Under the pieces are notes generated by a model. That model was not told the origin of the DNA and did not search any database. It saw only the letters and a program-made list of their open reading frames with translations. Positions 63,711-64,000 of a DNA stretch of 64,000 nt are shown piece after piece. The number at the start of each line of letters is the position of its first letter. Positions within the stretch are counted from its first letter, which is position 1. The DNA is from a virus, in the IMG/VR virus record IMGVR_UViG_3300025096_000008, positions 1-64,000 of that record; one strand, written 5' to 3'. Position numbers and translations under genes: made by a program.

Positions 63711-64000
63711 ATGGATACACGATATCGAACAAACTGGAAAACACTTTATTCGCTAGCTAAAGGTAGTAAAAAAATAGGCTCCGCAGATGCGAATCTACAG
63801 AGAAAAAAAGGCTGCTGGTCCTCAAAGAGGTCCGTAGAGTGGCTTCTAACTGCTGTAGGGGGGAGAAACTATGCCCCTATTTACACTGTCGATCTCTCTA
63901 GCTGTCTGGAGTATTCCACACGTCTCGAAGAGCAGCTCGCAGACGAGTTGACTCGTCTTCAATTAGAAGACAAGCTTGGGGCTCGGATTAAGAGCCAAGC
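63711..64000 (+). CDS. 3'-truncated protein, possibly DUF262/ParB-like N-terminus
   Basis: SD aagga; open to the window end; DANLQR...CWS...PIYTVD. Confidence 0.5.
   Translation, partial: MDTRYRTNWKTLYSLAKGSKKIGSADANLQRKKGCWSSKRSVEWLLTAVGGRNYAPIYTVDLSSCLEYSTRLEEQLADELTRLQLEDKLGARIKSQ

Noticed and set aside
1-64000. Minus-strand and alternate-frame ORFs in the track
   Set aside because: They lie over well-supported + strand genes or their repeats and show no motifs; they are shadows.
1-64000. Stop-codon reassignment
   Set aside because: Conserved genes are full length under code 11, and TAA, TAG and TGA all end genes.

Overview
The window is a 64 kb segment of a large T4-superfamily (myovirus, probably jumbo) phage genome. 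Every credible gene is on the + strand. Order: the end of a fibre-like gene; a head/neck/tail module (scaffold, gp23-type capsid, gp13/14/15-like neck, gp18 sheath, gp19 tube, tail chaperone, tape measure, baseplate); a short family A polymerase, MazG-like protein and tubulin-like protein coupled to the tail operon; a replication block (gp32 SSB, RecA, ClpP, 5'-3' exonuclease, gp41/DnaB, class II RNR, DnaE, dUTPase, N6-adenine MTase); GroES, GroEL and Hsp20; one tRNA(CAU); and about 18 kb of accessory genes. Several exported proteins look myxobacterial, so a Myxococcota-like host is inferred, not shown. The most interesting signals are regulatory. (1) An intergenic motif CTAYTTA(T) precedes nearly every structural unit and about ten scattered accessory units, and is a candidate non-T4 late promoter. 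(2) Several genes in that regulon begin with capsid-targeting-like peptides and carry putative enzymes (ADP-ribosyltransferase-like, PD-(D/E)xK nuclease). (3) Most sigma70-type promoters have inverted repeats built over the -10 or -35 box. (4) A stand-alone sigma region-4 protein is present. (5) There is a likely +1 programmed frameshift in the tail chaperone and a ROSE-like thermometer before hsp20. All calls come from reading motifs and gene order by eye; no database searches were run.
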